A stretch of 64,000 bases of DNA from Patescibacteria group bacterium (GCA_050947035.1 JBMNVW010000001.1:48967-112966), one strand, 5' to 3'; shown: positions 1 through 10,667, counted from the first letter of the stretch. Notes: generated by a model not told the origin, from the sequence alone. Made by a program: numbers and translations.

Positions 1-1403
1 TCACCCTTCTTATCGGTAACGATACCAATAGCAATTCCGGCTACAGGATCAGAAATGGGAACTCCGGCATCCATTAGTGACAAAGATGAGGAGCAAACTG
101 AAGCCATCGAAGTGGAACCATTGGAAGACATCACTTCAGAAACCAAAAGAATCGTGTAAGGAAAATCTTCCTCCGAAGGAATAACCGGCAACAGGGCTTT
201 TTCAGCCAAAGCGCCATGGCCAATTTCTCTTCTACCCGGACCACGCATAAAGCCGGCTTCACCAACAGTAAAGGGAGGCATAGAATAATGATGAATATAG
301 CGTTTTTCTTCTTCACCCTCAGGGCTTTCAATCATTTGACCCAAAGATAATGGCCCCAAAGTAGCAATATTCAAAACATGAGTTTGGCCTCTTTTGAAAA
401 GAGAACTACCGTGAGTCCGAGGCAAAAGATCGATCTCAGCACTAATTGGCCGAACCTCGTCTGTCTTTCGGCCATCAGGACGAAGCCCTTTTAGAAGACG
501 TTTCTTAATCGCTTTCTTAAAGAGTTTTTCAACTATCTTGCCAACCTCTTTGGAATCGTCATCTTGAAAATGATCAATGGCTGCCTCTTTAATGGCTGAT
601 AAATGATCTAAGCAATTCCCCTTCTTTTCAAAAATTGCCGATAGATCTTTGCTTGCAAAGCGGGAAACTTCTTCTTCCAAAACCTTGTTTTCGGTCGGTT
701 TGAAAGTAACCTTATCTTTACCCGCCTCTTTACCCATATCGACAATAAAGTCTATCAATTTGCCATTGCCTTTCATAGCAAAATCAATCGCTGAATCAAC
801 GGTTTCTTCTTTAACTTGGTTGCCTTCTGCCTCAATCATAACCGCTCTCTTATCGGTACCAGCCACAATTAAATCTAGGGCCGACTTCTCTTTTTGATCA
901 GTAGTAGGGTTAAGAATTAGCTCTCCCTTTTCATCTTGACCAACACCAACAATTCCTAATGGTCCTTGCCAGGGGGCTGGTGAAAAGGTTAAAGCAGTAA
1001 AAGAGGCAATTGCTCCCAGCAAAACCGGATCATTTTGTCCATCAACTGACAAAACAGTAATAACAATATGTGTCTCATTCAAATAGCCTTCAGGGAAAAA
1101 TGGTCTAATAGAACGATCAATTAAGCGCCCTGCCAAAACCGCCTCATCGGAAGGGCGGCCCTCACGCTTTACCCAACGACTACCCTTAATACGACCACCG
1201 GCATAAAGCTTTTCTAAATAATCAACGGTTAGGGGAAAATAACCCAATTCCGGCTTCTCCCTACCGGTAACTACTGTTGCTAAAACACAAGTATCGCCAT
1301 ATTGGGCCAAAACCGCCATATCGGCTTGAGGAGCAAAACGCCCCACTTCTAAGCTTAGGGACCGACCACCTAATTTGATTTCTTTTTTAATAACTTTGGT
1401 CAT
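1..1403 (-). CDS. pnp: polyribonucleotide nucleotidyltransferase (PNPase), 3' end outside the window
   Basis: Not in the ORF track because there is no stop in the window. Manual translation from ATG 1403: MTKVIKKEIKLGGRSLSLEVGRFAPQAD...YFPLTVDYLEKLYAGGRIKGSRWVKREGRPSD...RPDGRK...THGSSLFKRG...SNGSTSMASVCS; lies downstream of rpsO. Confidence 0.96.
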   Translation of the reverse strand, partial: MTKVIKKEIKLGGRSLSLEVGRFAPQADMAVLAQYGDTCVLATVVTGREKPELGYFPLTVDYLEKLYAGGRIKGSRWVKREGRPSDEAVLAGRLIDRSIRPFFPEGYLNETHIVITVLSVDGQNDPVLLGAIASFTALTFSPAPWQGPLGIVGVGQDEKGELILNPTTDQKEKSALDLIVAGTDKRAVMIEAEGNQVKEETVDSAIDFAMKGNGKLIDFIVDMGKEAGKDKVTFKPTENKVLEEEVSRFASKDLSAIFEKKGNCLDHLSAIKEAAIDHFQDDDSKEVGKIVEKLFKKAIKKRLLKGLRPDGRKTDEVRPISAEIDLLPRTHGSSLFKRGQTHVLNIATLGPLSLGQMIESPEGEEEKRYIHHYSMPPFTVGEAGFMRGPGRREIGHGALAEKALLPVIPSEEDFPYTILLVSEVMSSNGSTSMASVCSSSLSLMDAGVPISDPVAGIAIGIVTDKKG

Positions 1404-1507
1404 AATAATGTTTGTTCTTTAAACTTCGAATAATTTTTAATAACAAGAGGGATTTGGCCAAGGGAAATTCTTTATTTGGAAGGTCCTTGGGGAAACAATC
1501 CTTAAGT

Positions 1508-1777
1508 TTATCTTTTTAATTCTAATTTTTTGATTAATCCTTGATAGCGTTTTTGATAACGGTTAGACAGATAGTTTAATAATCGACGTCTTTTAGAGAC
1601 CATCGAAAGCAAGCCTCGACGAGAATGAACGTCTTTTTTGTGTTCTTTCAAATGATCAGCCAACTTGTTGATTTGGGCGGTTAAGAGAGCAACTTGAATC
1701 TCGGGAGAACCAGTATCACCTTTTTCAACCGCAAACTCTTTAATAATCTTCTCTTTTTCCTCTTTTTTTAAAGACAT
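1508..1777 (-). CDS. rpsO: 30S ribosomal protein S15
   Basis: [25 protein letters not shown] motifs. Confidence 0.98.
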   Translation of the reverse strand: MSLKKEEKEKIIKEFAVEKGDTGSPEIQVALLTAQINKLADHLKEHKKDVHSRRGLLSMVSKRRRLLNYLSNRYQKRYQGLIKKLELKR

Positions 1778-1869
1778 TTTAAGTGGACTTGATTTTTTTT
1801 ATCCTTTTTAATCGTTCTTATTCTAACACCTTAATGGGGAAAAAAACAAGAGGCAATTTTTTCATCACT

Positions 1870-2697
1870 TTATTGACCGCTGCCTCGATAAATTTTGGGC
1901 TTATTAAAACGGCCTGGCTCTTTTTGCTTTTCTTGACTTTGACTGACTTCTTTATCTTTAAGTTGACCGCCAGCCCTCAGACAAAAAGCCGCCGCTTCAA
2001 AAGGACCAGGACCAATTTCCGAAAGAGAAAAAGAATTAGTGGCCGCTTGAAGCCCCAATAATAAATTCTGGGCCGCCTCTGATCCAAAAGACAACGATAG
2101 ACCTTCAATAACCCCAGCAACAACCTCGGAAAAAGAGAAGGCCTCAGTATCAATTAACTTAATTTGACCAAAAAACTCCGCCTGGTCAATGTTAATGTTA
2201 ATCAAGTTTAAATTATTAGGAATATCTTTGGCTCCCACAGACTGAATGGCTTGATCAAGCTGGGCTCGAGAAGAAAAACCCAAAGCAATAATATTATTAA
2301 TTTGGCCATCGCCTTTTTTAAACTTGACTAGATCCTGGCTAATAGCCGGAGCCTGGGTTTTTGGTTCAATTACCAAACTAACCCGTTCTTCTTCTTGATC
2401 ATCCCAATTAATTTTCTCAATATTTTTTAAAGGATAATTAATATTAATAATAAAGCTTCTTCCTTCCGCCTGATCGGTGATTTTGTCAACACCAATAACT
2501 TGACTAAACTCGACTGTCAATGATCGGGGACAAAGAACCTGAGTTTTTTTACCACTTTTATTTAATGAATCAGAAAGAGCAGCGGCAGCGGCCACCTGAT
2601 CTAAACGAGGCTTTTGGGGAAGCAAAATCTTAATCTCTTCAACCTGGCTTAACCAAGCATTGAGATCAGAAAGTGGATAACTTTTTTTATTCATCAA
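1870..2697 (-). CDS. DHH/NrnA-like phosphoesterase homologue with degenerate motifs
   Basis: Position after infB; PQKPRLDQVAAAAAL, ININIDQ and AQNLLLGLQAATNSF resemble DHH-family blocks, but the DHH motif is absent. Confidence 0.55.
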   Translation of the reverse strand: MMNKKSYPLSDLNAWLSQVEEIKILLPQKPRLDQVAAAAALSDSLNKSGKKTQVLCPRSLTVEFSQVIGVDKITDQAEGRSFIININYPLKNIEKINWDDQEEERVSLVIEPKTQAPAISQDLVKFKKGDGQINNIIALGFSSRAQLDQAIQSVGAKDIPNNLNLININIDQAEFFGQIKLIDTEAFSFSEVVAGVIEGLSLSFGSEAAQNLLLGLQAATNSFSLSEIGPGPFEAAAFCLRAGGQLKDKEVSQSQEKQKEPGRFNKPKIYRGSGQ

Positions 2698-2713
2698 TAT
2701 AGTGAATCAAACT

Positions 2714-4153
2714 TTAATCTTGCTGATATTTTATCATATCGCCAATCTTAAAATCAACGGCCGGAGAAAATGTTGCCCCAAACTCTTGGCCTTTTTTGAC
2801 ACGGTCAATTTTCTTCGATCCCTGTTGTAAAGAAACAATTTTAGTTTTTTTCTTCTTCCCTCCCTGGTTAATAATTGTTACTCTGGTTCCTTTTTCAATT
2901 TCACCTAAAATAACTTTAGCTCCTGCCACTCGGCCATCAGGAACGGTAAAATCGGCAATAATTTCTGCTTGACCGAGAATTTTTTTCTCCTCTTCGATTG
3001 TTTCCAAAGCTTTCAACTTTTCTTCAATAGACTGAAGTAGCTCATAAATTATTTCTTCCGTCTGGACATCAACTTCTTCGGCTTCAGCCAAATCAGCCAC
3101 TCGCCGAGAAAGAGAAACATTAAAACCAATAATTTCCGCCCCACCTGAAGAAGCAAAGAAAACATCAGAATCATTAATGTCACCGACTCCACTTTCAATT
3201 ATAGAGATTTTCTTCTGGGGGATTGAATTAATCAATGCCTCCAGAGTTCCTTGAGTATCGGCCTTAACAACTAATCTTAATAGGGTCTTTTCTTCTTGAT
3301 CAGCGGAGACTTCCTTTAAAAAGGGACGATCCGATTTGCCTACTTCAAGGGCAGGATCAGAAATTAAGCTTCCCGCCGCCAAGGGTTTGGTAAAACCCAA
3401 AATTGATACCGGCTGACTAATAAGGGCCTCTTTAATTGGCTGACCAGAATCATCAAAAAGGGCCCGAACCTTAGCCTCCTCTTCTTCGGCAACTAATTTC
3501 TGACCAACCAATAGCTTGCCCTGCTTAACAATCGCTGTTACTAGCATCCCTCTTTTGACATCAAGACCAGATTCAAGTACCACTCCTTGAAACGGCTTCT
3601 GGGGTTGATAGTCAAGTTCATTCATTTGAGAAAGCAGGACAATCATTTCTAAAAGTTCGTCAATTCCTTCCCCAGTTTTGGCCGAAACGGGCACCAAAAC
3701 AATATCTCCACCTCGATCCTCAGCAACAATCCCAAATTGGGTTAATTTATTTTTAACTTCTTCTTGATTGGCATTGGGTAAATCCATCTTGTTTAGGGCA
3801 ATTAGAAAGGGTACACCGGCACTTTTTATATGGTCAAGACATTCTTTGGTTTGAGGCTTAATTCCCTCATCGGCGGCAATAACCAAAACAACTAAATCGG
3901 TAATTTTAGCTCCTTGGGCCCTCATTTTCTCAAAAACCTTGTGACCAGGAGTATCAATAAAAGTAATTTTTTGATCATTGAAAACAATCTGATAAGCACC
4001 AACGTGCTGGGTAATACCACCAGCCTCCTTGTCTTGCAGTTTGCTTTGACGAATCCGATCTAAAAGAGATGTTTTACCATGATCAATGTGCCCCATTAGG
4101 GTAACGACAGGGGGGCGAGAAGGGGTGGAGGAATTTGTCTTTTTCTTGACCAT
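2714..4153 (-). CDS. infB: translation initiation factor IF-2, short form without N-terminal domain
   Basis: RPPVVTLMGHIDHGKTSLLD, EAGGITQH, DTPGH, NKMD G-domain motifs. Confidence 0.97.
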   Translation of the reverse strand: MVKKKTNSSTPSRPPVVTLMGHIDHGKTSLLDRIRQSKLQDKEAGGITQHVGAYQIVFNDQKITFIDTPGHKVFEKMRAQGAKITDLVVLVIAADEGIKPQTKECLDHIKSAGVPFLIALNKMDLPNANQEEVKNKLTQFGIVAEDRGGDIVLVPVSAKTGEGIDELLEMIVLLSQMNELDYQPQKPFQGVVLESGLDVKRGMLVTAIVKQGKLLVGQKLVAEEEEAKVRALFDDSGQPIKEALISQPVSILGFTKPLAAGSLISDPALEVGKSDRPFLKEVSADQEEKTLLRLVVKADTQGTLEALINSIPQKKISIIESGVGDINDSDVFFASSGGAEIIGFNVSLSRRVADLAEAEEVDVQTEEIIYELLQSIEEKLKALETIEEEKKILGQAEIIADFTVPDGRVAGAKVILGEIEKGTRVTIINQGGKKKKTKIVSLQQGSKKIDRVKKGQEFGATFSPAVDFKIGDMIKYQQD

Positions 4154-4209
4154 AAATATTAATTAATAAATTGTTTTCGAAAATCTGGCTAATTAGAAAA
4201 TTCTTGCCT

Positions 4210-5370
4210 TTATTCATCTTTTCCAGACTGCTTTTTGTCTTGATCAGGCTTTTTGTCTTGATCAGGCTTTTTCTTTTTAGTCTTCTTGGCTTTTTTATTT
4301 TTTTTGGTTTCTTTAGCCTCATCAGCCGTTTCATTAGCGGACTCATCAGCGGATTTTTTATCAGCCTTTTTGGTCTTTTTTTCAGGCAAGGCTGAGGAGT
4401 CGATGTCAATCTCAAAATCAGTTAATTGACTGGCCAAACGAACGTTTTGACCATCTTTGCCAATTGCCAAAGATAATTGGTCCTCAGGAGCAGAAACTTT
4501 AGCTTTTTTTTCTTCTTGATCAAGATCAATAACTAAGTCCTCGGCCGGTAAAAGAGCCGCCGCAATCAATTTCTCCGGATCGGAAGAAAACTGAATAACA
4601 TCAACCTTTTCTCCTCCCAAAGCCTTAATAACTTCGGCCACTCGAACTCCTTTTTGGCCAACACAAGCTCCCACCGGATCAACGCCCCGCCGATTAGAAT
4701 AAACCGCCAACTTTGTTCTAACACCGGCTTGACGAGCGATAGCCCGAATTTCAACCGTGTTGTTGTTAATTTCCGGTACTTCTCGACGAAAAAGAGATTT
4801 AACCAAATCCGAACTTGTCCGAGAAAGAACAATTTGCCGCCCTCTTTCTTCGCTTTGGGTAATTTCTTTAATTAAAAAGTTAAGCTTAACTCCAATCGAG
4901 TAATCTTCGCCGTGAATTTGCTCTGATAAAGGCAAAATCCCATAAGTTCGACCAATATCAACAACCACCCTCCGACCATCTTGGCGAATAACTGTTCCCA
5001 TTGTCACCGAACCCACCTTGTCTTTATAATCATCAATAATGGCCGATTTTTCTGCCTCACGCACTTTTTGTAAAATAACTTGTTTGGCTGTTTGAGTAGC
5101 AATTCGGCCAAAACCGGGCGGAGTTACTTCCAACTTTTGGTCCGGTTTTTCTTCTGGAAACCCATAAATTTTTACTCCACCAGTTTTATTATCCAGACTA
5201 ACCTGATACTCCCAGTCCTCATGAAAACTACCCTCTTCTTGGGCATCACGGACAAAGGCGGCTAAAATTGCCTCCTCAATACTCAATAAAACCACCTCTG
5301 GGTCAATACTTCTTTCCCGAGCTAGCTCAGCAACGGCAATAGAAAATTCTGTTCTTGATAATTGGGCCAT
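4210..5370 (-). CDS. nusA: transcription termination/antitermination factor NusA with Lys/Asp-rich tail
   Basis: FGRIATQTAKQVILQK, DPVGACVGQKG, SLAIGKDGQNVRLAS. Confidence 0.97.
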   Translation of the reverse strand: MAQLSRTEFSIAVAELARERSIDPEVVLLSIEEAILAAFVRDAQEEGSFHEDWEYQVSLDNKTGGVKIYGFPEEKPDQKLEVTPPGFGRIATQTAKQVILQKVREAEKSAIIDDYKDKVGSVTMGTVIRQDGRRVVVDIGRTYGILPLSEQIHGEDYSIGVKLNFLIKEITQSEERGRQIVLSRTSSDLVKSLFRREVPEINNNTVEIRAIARQAGVRTKLAVYSNRRGVDPVGACVGQKGVRVAEVIKALGGEKVDVIQFSSDPEKLIAAALLPAEDLVIDLDQEEKKAKVSAPEDQLSLAIGKDGQNVRLASQLTDFEIDIDSSALPEKKTKKADKKSADESANETADEAKETKKNKKAKKTKKKKPDQDKKPDQDKKQSGKDE

Positions 5371-5389
5371 AAATAATTAATAAAAAATT

Positions 5390-5416
5390 AAAAAAAATGG
5401 TGGGCTCTCCCCACCA
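5390..5416 (-). promoter_or_regulatory. terminator-like hairpin in the nusA leader (rimP-leader-like)
   Basis: Minus strand TGGTGGG-GAGAG-CCCACCA followed by T8, 20 nt upstream of the nusA ATG. Confidence 0.6.
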
Positions 5417-5598
5417 CCAACTTCTTCTCTTAAAAAATAACTAACGCTACTACTAATGGTAGTTTTCTTTATCGCTATTAACCGTCTAACTTTCTAAACC
5501 TTCTTGTTCGTTATTCGATTAAAAGCTATCAAAACCACCCTCTAATCTAACATAAAAAGGCTCCCTAGTCAATGAAAAATATAGACAAAATTGCTCTT

Positions 5599-5652
5599 TC
5601 TAAGGGTCCGAAGCTATCCGACCCTTAGGGTTAAACAGCTTCGGACCTTTGG
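5599..5652. repeat. REP-like palindrome, family A (near-full copy)
   Basis: TCTAAGGGTCCGAAGCT-ATCCG-ACCC-TTA-GGGT-TAAAC-AGCTTCGGACCTTTGG; reverse complement of the copy at 14859. Confidence 0.9.
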
Positions 5653-5678
5653 TTTTGATTGGCAAGGACCAGCCAAGC

Positions 5679-5716
5679 TTGACATCTTCTTAGCAATCGT
5701 GATATAGTTTTGCTAA
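5679..5716 (+). promoter_or_regulatory. sigma70 promoter overlapped by a CIRCE-like operator (hrcA)
   Basis: TTGACA 5679-5684; TG-A-TATAGT 5700-5708; TTAGCAATC-N9-TTTTGCTAA 5690-5716. Confidence 0.8.
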
Positions 5717-5732
5717 TCAAGGCGAGAAAAAT

Positions 5733-6458
5733 ATGGCCCCAACTAATCGTCAAATTGCCATCTTGAAAGCTCTAATCGAAGAATACATTGAAACAGCCGA
5801 ACCCGTTTCTTCTGATGCGGTAGAAAAAAAATATAACCTTGGAGTTTCTCCGGCTACCATTAGAAATGAAATGGCCGTTTTAACTGAGGAGGGCTTCATC
5901 AAAAAACCTCATGTTTCGGCCGGACGAGTCCCTACCCCAATGGGGCTCAAGTTTTATATTCAAAATCTTCTGGAAACCAAGCCTGTTCCCGTTACTCAAG
6001 AAGTCACGGTAAAAGAGCGGGTTTGGGATTATCGCCAAGAAGTTAATAAATTAATTGACGAAGCCCTTAGTGAGTTAGCCAGATTAACCGGTTCGATGGC
6101 TTTGGCGATATCAGAAAAGGACCAAGAGTTTAATTGGTCGGGGGTAGCTAATATTTTAGATTTCCCCGAATTTTGGGATATTGACCTAACCCACGCCCTA
6201 CTTTCTCTTTTAGATGATGTTTCTTTTTGGCAAAAATTAGCCAATCAAGTTCACGGCGAAGCTCGAGTTAGCGTTTTATTGGGGGATGATTTTGGCAACG
6301 AAATCTTAGAGCCTTGTGGTTTTGTTTTTACTAAAATTAAGCTTGGCTCCAAAGACTATATCTTGGGAATTGTCGGCCCTAGCCGCTGTCCATACCAACA
6401 AGTTATTCCTTTAGTTGATTATTTTGGCCGATTAATTAGTGAAATTGGCCAAGAGTAA
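5733..6458 (+). CDS. hrcA: heat-inducible transcription repressor HrcA (short form)
   Basis: EYIETAEPVSS, VSPATIRNEMA, PHVSAGRVPT; precedes grpE-dnaK. Confidence 0.95.
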   Translation: MAPTNRQIAILKALIEEYIETAEPVSSDAVEKKYNLGVSPATIRNEMAVLTEEGFIKKPHVSAGRVPTPMGLKFYIQNLLETKPVPVTQEVTVKERVWDYRQEVNKLIDEALSELARLTGSMALAISEKDQEFNWSGVANILDFPEFWDIDLTHALLSLLDDVSFWQKLANQVHGEARVSVLLGDDFGNEILEPCGFVFTKIKLGSKDYILGIVGPSRCPYQQVIPLVDYFGRLISEIGQE

Positions 6459-6557
6459 GAAATAAAAATTTCCAATTCCCAAGTCCCAATTTCCAAATCC
6501 CAGACATTAAATCATTAAAAATTAACTAAAAACCTTAAATTAATAATTTTTAATATT

Positions 6558-7025
6558 ATGGTTAAGAAAAAAACCGAAAAAAGCAAGAAAAATTCAAAAA
6601 AAGATCAAGATTTTCGTCAAGAACTTAAAAAATTAGAGGAACAATTAAAAAGGGCTCTGGCTGATTATGATAATTTGGAAAAAAGAATTAATCGGGAAAA
6701 AAATAATTGGATCAATTCGGCCAATGAGGCTCTAATTGACAAGTTGCTGTTTGTTTTTGATGATTTAGAACGAGCCTGTCAAAGCATCTCTGATCCCGGT
6801 CTGTCCATGGTTCGAGATCAGTTTTGGAAAATTTTATCTAACGAGGGTGTGGAAAAAGTTGACAGTCAAGGCAAAAAATTCAACGCCCAAACCATGGACG
6901 CCCAAGAATTGGTACCCGGAGAAAAAGAAAAAGTTATTGAGGAAACTTGTCCTGGCTATTTATATCAAGGCAAATGTCTTCGTCCAGCCAAAGTCAAGGT
7001 TGGCCAAGGAAAAAATGGCTCTTGA
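6558..7025 (+). CDS. grpE: nucleotide exchange factor GrpE
   Basis: RALADYDNLEKR, GYLYQGKCLRPAKVKV; operon context. Confidence 0.93.
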   Translation: MVKKKTEKSKKNSKKDQDFRQELKKLEEQLKRALADYDNLEKRINREKNNWINSANEALIDKLLFVFDDLERACQSISDPGLSMVRDQFWKILSNEGVEKVDSQGKKFNAQTMDAQELVPGEKEKVIEETCPGYLYQGKCLRPAKVKVGQGKNGS

Positions 7026-7059
7026 CAACTCTTTAGCAGTCATGATAACTTATTGCTAA
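7022..7059 (+). promoter_or_regulatory. internal promoter with CIRCE-like operator (dnaK)
   Basis: TTGACA 7022-7027; TTAGCAGTC-N9-TATTGCTAA 7033-7059; same 5-nt offset from the -35 as the hrcA site. Confidence 0.8.
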
Positions 7060-7068
7060 GAATTAATT

Positions 7069-8982
7069 ATGACCGACAAAACAAGCGCAAAAATTATTGG
7101 CATTGATCTGGGTACCACCAACTCCTGTGTGGCCGTTATGGAGGGAGGCAAACCCACCGTTATCCCCACTGAAGAAGGCGGCCGACTTATTCCTTCTGTG
7201 GTTGAACCCACTAAAAGCTTGGTTGGCGAACCAGCCAAAAGGCAAATGATCATTAATCCCCAAAATACTTTCTTTTCTATTAAGCGATTGATGGGCAAGC
7301 GTTTTGATGCCGATTCCGTCAAAAAGGACAAAAAATGGCTCCCCTACAAAGTAGTTAAAGGAAAAAACGATTTGGCGGTTGTCGAAACTGAAGATGGCAA
7401 ACAGTTTACCCCCCAAGAAATTTCGGCCAAAATTTTACAAAAGGCCCGAGCAGACGCTGAGAGCTATTTGGGTGAAAAAGTAGGCCAAGCCGTTATTACT
7501 GTTCCGGCCTATTTTGATGATTCTCAACGCCAAGCCACCAAAGAGGCCGGCGAGATTGCTGGCTTAAAAGTGGCCCGAATTATCAACGAACCAACCGCTT
7601 CGGCTCTAGCTTATGGTTTAGATAAAAAAAAGGCCGAGAAAGTAGCTGTTTTTGATTTAGGCGGGGGAACCTTTGATATTTCTATTTTAGAAATCAGTGA
7701 TGGGGTCTATGAGGTCCTTTCCACTAACGGCGATACCCACCTGGGGGGAGACGACTGGAATCAAAAAATTATCGAATATGTTTTAGCTGAATTTAAAAAG
7801 GAACAGGGCATCGACCTGTCCAGCGACTCCCAGGCCAAACAAAGAATAAAAGATGCCGCCGAAAAAGCTAAAATTGAACTTTCTTCTTCCCAAAAAACCG
7901 AAATTAACCTCCCCTTTATCACTCAAGGAGAGTCTGGCCCTCTTCATCTTAACGTTTCCTTAACCAGAGCCAAACTAGAACAAATTACCAACGATCTGAT
8001 AGATCGGCTTCTGTCCCCAGTCAAAGCCGCCCTAAAAGATGCCAAGCTTAAGGTTGACGACATTGATGAGATTTTATTAGTAGGCGGTCAAACTCGAATG
8101 CCCAAAATCCGTCAAATAGTCAAAAAATTCTTTGATAAAGAGCCTAATAAATCGGTTAATCCTGACGAGGTAGTGGCTCTGGGAGCCGCCGTCCAGGGCG
8201 GGGTTTTGGCTGGTGAAGTCAAAGATGTAGTTTTACTAGATGTTACCCCACTCACCTTGGGTTTGGAAACTTTGGGCGGAGTGGCGACGCCTTTAATTGA
8301 AAGAAATACTACTATCCCAGTTAGTAAATCCCAAGTTTTTTCCACCGCCGCCGATAACCAAACCCAAGTAGAAGTTCACGTTGTTCAAGGCGAGCGGCCA
8401 ATGGCGACTGACAATAAATCTCTGGGCCGTTTTATTCTTGATGGCCTACCACCAGCTCCTCGAGGCGTACCCCAAATTGAAATTACTTTCGATATCGATT
8501 CTAACGGAATTTTAACCGTTACCGCCAAAGACAAGGCTACTGGCAAATCTCAAGATATTACTATTAAAGGTTCAACCGGCTTGTCAGAAGAAGAAATTGA
8601 AAAAATGACCCAAGAAGCTAAAGCCCATGAAGAAGAAGACCAAAATAAAAAAGCCCTAATTGAAGCCAAAAATAAAGCCGACAACTTGGTCTTCAGCGTA
8701 GAAAAAAACTTAAAAGACCTGGGTGATAAAATGGGCAAAGACGATCAAAAAACCCTAAAAAGCCAAATTGAAAAAATTAAAAAACTGTTAGAAAAAGAAT
8801 CGGTCACCAAAGAAGAGCTGGATAAAGAAACTAACCAATTAATGGAAACCTGGCAAAAATTAGGCCAAAAAATTCACCAAGCTGCTCAAAAAAATAAAGA
8901 CGACCAAGCCAAGGGATCAGCCAAATCAAAAAATAAAGAAAATGATAAGGGGGAAGCTGAAGAAGGCGAAGTAGTTAATTAA
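7069..8982 (+). CDS. dnaK: chaperone DnaK
   Basis: [34 protein letters not shown]. Confidence 0.99.
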   Translation: MTDKTSAKIIGIDLGTTNSCVAVMEGGKPTVIPTEEGGRLIPSVVEPTKSLVGEPAKRQMIINPQNTFFSIKRLMGKRFDADSVKKDKKWLPYKVVKGKNDLAVVETEDGKQFTPQEISAKILQKARADAESYLGEKVGQAVITVPAYFDDSQRQATKEAGEIAGLKVARIINEPTASALAYGLDKKKAEKVAVFDLGGGTFDISILEISDGVYEVLSTNGDTHLGGDDWNQKIIEYVLAEFKKEQGIDLSSDSQAKQRIKDAAEKAKIELSSSQKTEINLPFITQGESGPLHLNVSLTRAKLEQITNDLIDRLLSPVKAALKDAKLKVDDIDEILLVGGQTRMPKIRQIVKKFFDKEPNKSVNPDEVVALGAAVQGGVLAGEVKDVVLLDVTPLTLGLETLGGVATPLIERNTTIPVSKSQVFSTAADNQTQVEVHVVQGERPMATDNKSLGRFILDGLPPAPRGVPQIEITFDIDSNGILTVTAKDKATGKSQDITIKGSTGLSEEEIEKMTQEAKAHEEEDQNKKALIEAKNKADNLVFSVEKNLKDLGDKMGKDDQKTLKSQIEKIKKLLEKESVTKEELDKETNQLMETWQKLGQKIHQAAQKNKDDQAKGSAKSKNKENDKGEAEEGEVVN

Positions 8983-9010
8983 TTTACCTTTCCCCTACCA
9001 ATTTATTAAT

Positions 9011-9039
9011 AGGGCGCCCTTTTTAGGAGCGCCTTTTTT
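9011..9039 (+). terminator. probable intrinsic terminator after dnaK
   Basis: AGGGCGCCCT-TTTT-AGGAGCGCC followed by T6. Confidence 0.65.
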
Positions 9040-9090
9040 GTTAAAATAAATTACATTGCTAGATTCTAAATACTAAATACTATTTTACTT

Positions 9091-9924
9091 ATGGCCAAAG
9101 ACTATTATCAAATTCTAGGTTTAGAAAAGGGGGCCAGCCCTGAAGAAATCAAAAAAGCTTATCGAAAATTGGCTCTTAAATGGCATCCGGACAAAAACAA
9201 GTCGGCTGAAGCGGAAAAGCGTTTTAAGGAAATTAATCAAGCCTACGAAGTCTTGTCTGACCCACAAAAAAAACAAGCCTACGACCAATATGGAAAAGCG
9301 GCTTTCTCGGGCGACTCTCCTTTTGGTCAAAACAAAGGCCAGCAAGGCCCTTTTACTTATAGTTACTCCTGGGGTGGGCAGGGTGACGATTTTTTTGCCG
9401 GTTTCTCCGATCCTTTTGATATTTTTGAATCATTTTTTGGCGGTCGGTCTCCTTTTGGTCGTCGAGAACAAGTTCCCGGATATCAAATTAATCTTCCCCT
9501 AAAAGAGGCAATTACCGGCACAGAAAAAGAAATTGAAATTAACGGGGAAAAAAGGAAAGTTAAAATTCCCCCCGGTGTTGAAACCGGCTCTCGCATTAAG
9601 TTTAAAGACTTTTACTTAATCACCCAAGTTTTACCTGATGACAATTTCTCTCGTCAGGGCACTGATTTAATTACCAAAAAAAAGATCAAATTTAAAACCG
9701 CCATCTTGGGCGATACCGTTACTATTACCAATATCGATGGTGAAAAAATTAAATTCCGGGTTCGACCGGGAACCGATTCTGGTAAGGTTATTCGGCTAAG
9801 AGGTTACGGAGCCCCAAAAAGAATTGGTTCCGGACGAGGCGATTTATATGTCCGCTTGGAAATTAAGACTCCAAAAAAATTATCAAGAAAGGAAAAAGAA
9901 ATAATTAAAAACCTAAATTTTTAA
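9091..9924 (+). CDS. dnaJ: DnaJ-class co-chaperone without zinc-finger region
   Basis: J domain with HPD, G/F-rich region, C-terminal domain; no CxxCxGxG repeats. Confidence 0.88.
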   Translation: MAKDYYQILGLEKGASPEEIKKAYRKLALKWHPDKNKSAEAEKRFKEINQAYEVLSDPQKKQAYDQYGKAAFSGDSPFGQNKGQQGPFTYSYSWGGQGDDFFAGFSDPFDIFESFFGGRSPFGRREQVPGYQINLPLKEAITGTEKEIEINGEKRKVKIPPGVETGSRIKFKDFYLITQVLPDDNFSRQGTDLITKKKIKFKTAILGDTVTITNIDGEKIKFRVRPGTDSGKVIRLRGYGAPKRIGSGRGDLYVRLEIKTPKKLSRKEKEIIKNLNF

Positions 9925-10607
9925 TCCTCGAGGCTTTGGGCTTGTTGGCCAATTAGATAGGTGATTTTGGCTTCTTCTCTTAGAGTCTGATACCAATCTT
10001 GAAATTTTTGGTTCATCTTGTCCATTCTTATCGCCTCAGTGGCTTCATCGGTTCGCTCTTTCTCACCCTCAGCCATAATTGTTTCCTCATTATCAACCAA
10101 ATATTGATCAATTTCCTCCTGAGACACTTCCACTCCTGACGATAATAGCTCTTCTAAAATCAACTGGTTCTTAATTTCTTCTCTTAGACCGGCCATCGTC
10201 ATTCCCTGAAAAGTCAAAATTTCTTCTAAGGAATTGTCTGGACCCAAGCTTTCTTTAATCTGATCAATTTCTTGATCGATAACCTCTTGATCAACAACCA
10301 CTCCTTCTTCCTTAGCCTTTTGCTCAATCAAACGCTTATCAATTATTTGATCCAACACCTGAGTGCCATATTGCTCTTCTAGAGTCTGATTATACTGCCA
10401 ACGCCAAATTGGTTGACCATTAACAACCGCCACCACCAGCCAGTGACGCTTAAAATAAAAAAAGCCCAATAAAAACAGGCCAATAACTATGGCGATAGTT
10501 GTTTTTCGAGAAAAACGAGGAAAATTTTTGCCTTTTTGAGTAGTTTTTTTCAGGCTGGTTTTAGAGGCTTTCTTGGCTTTGGAATCTTTGCTTTTAGTTT
10601 TAACCAT
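9921..10607 (-). CDS. membrane-anchored SurA-N/PrsA-like foldase
   Basis: Basic N-terminus, one [31 protein letters not shown]. Start moved to ATG 10607 because TG-A-TACAAT lies just upstream. Confidence 0.7.
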   Translation of the reverse strand: MVKTKSKDSKAKKASKTSLKKTTQKGKNFPRFSRKTTIAIVIGLFLLGFFYFKRHWLVVAVVNGQPIWRWQYNQTLEEQYGTQVLDQIIDKRLIEQKAKEEGVVVDQEVIDQEIDQIKESLGPDNSLEEILTFQGMTMAGLREEIKNQLILEELLSSGVEVSQEEIDQYLVDNEETIMAEGEKERTDEATEAIRMDKMNQKFQDWYQTLREEAKITYLIGQQAQSLED

Positions 10608-10667
10608 CGCTAAATATTGTATCATAAGTTTTTTTAAAACAAAATGTTATTTACATTATCCGAGGTC

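Noticed and set aside
131-897. Short ORFs 131-331 and 649-897, and the many similar ORFs overlapping long genes elsewhere
   Set aside because: Antisense or off-frame shadows of well-supported genes such as pnp; no recognisable motifs
4225-4310. 18-bp repeat and Lys-rich tract at the nusA 3' end
   Set aside because: Encodes a low-complexity tail (KKPDQD twice); no sign of a separate element
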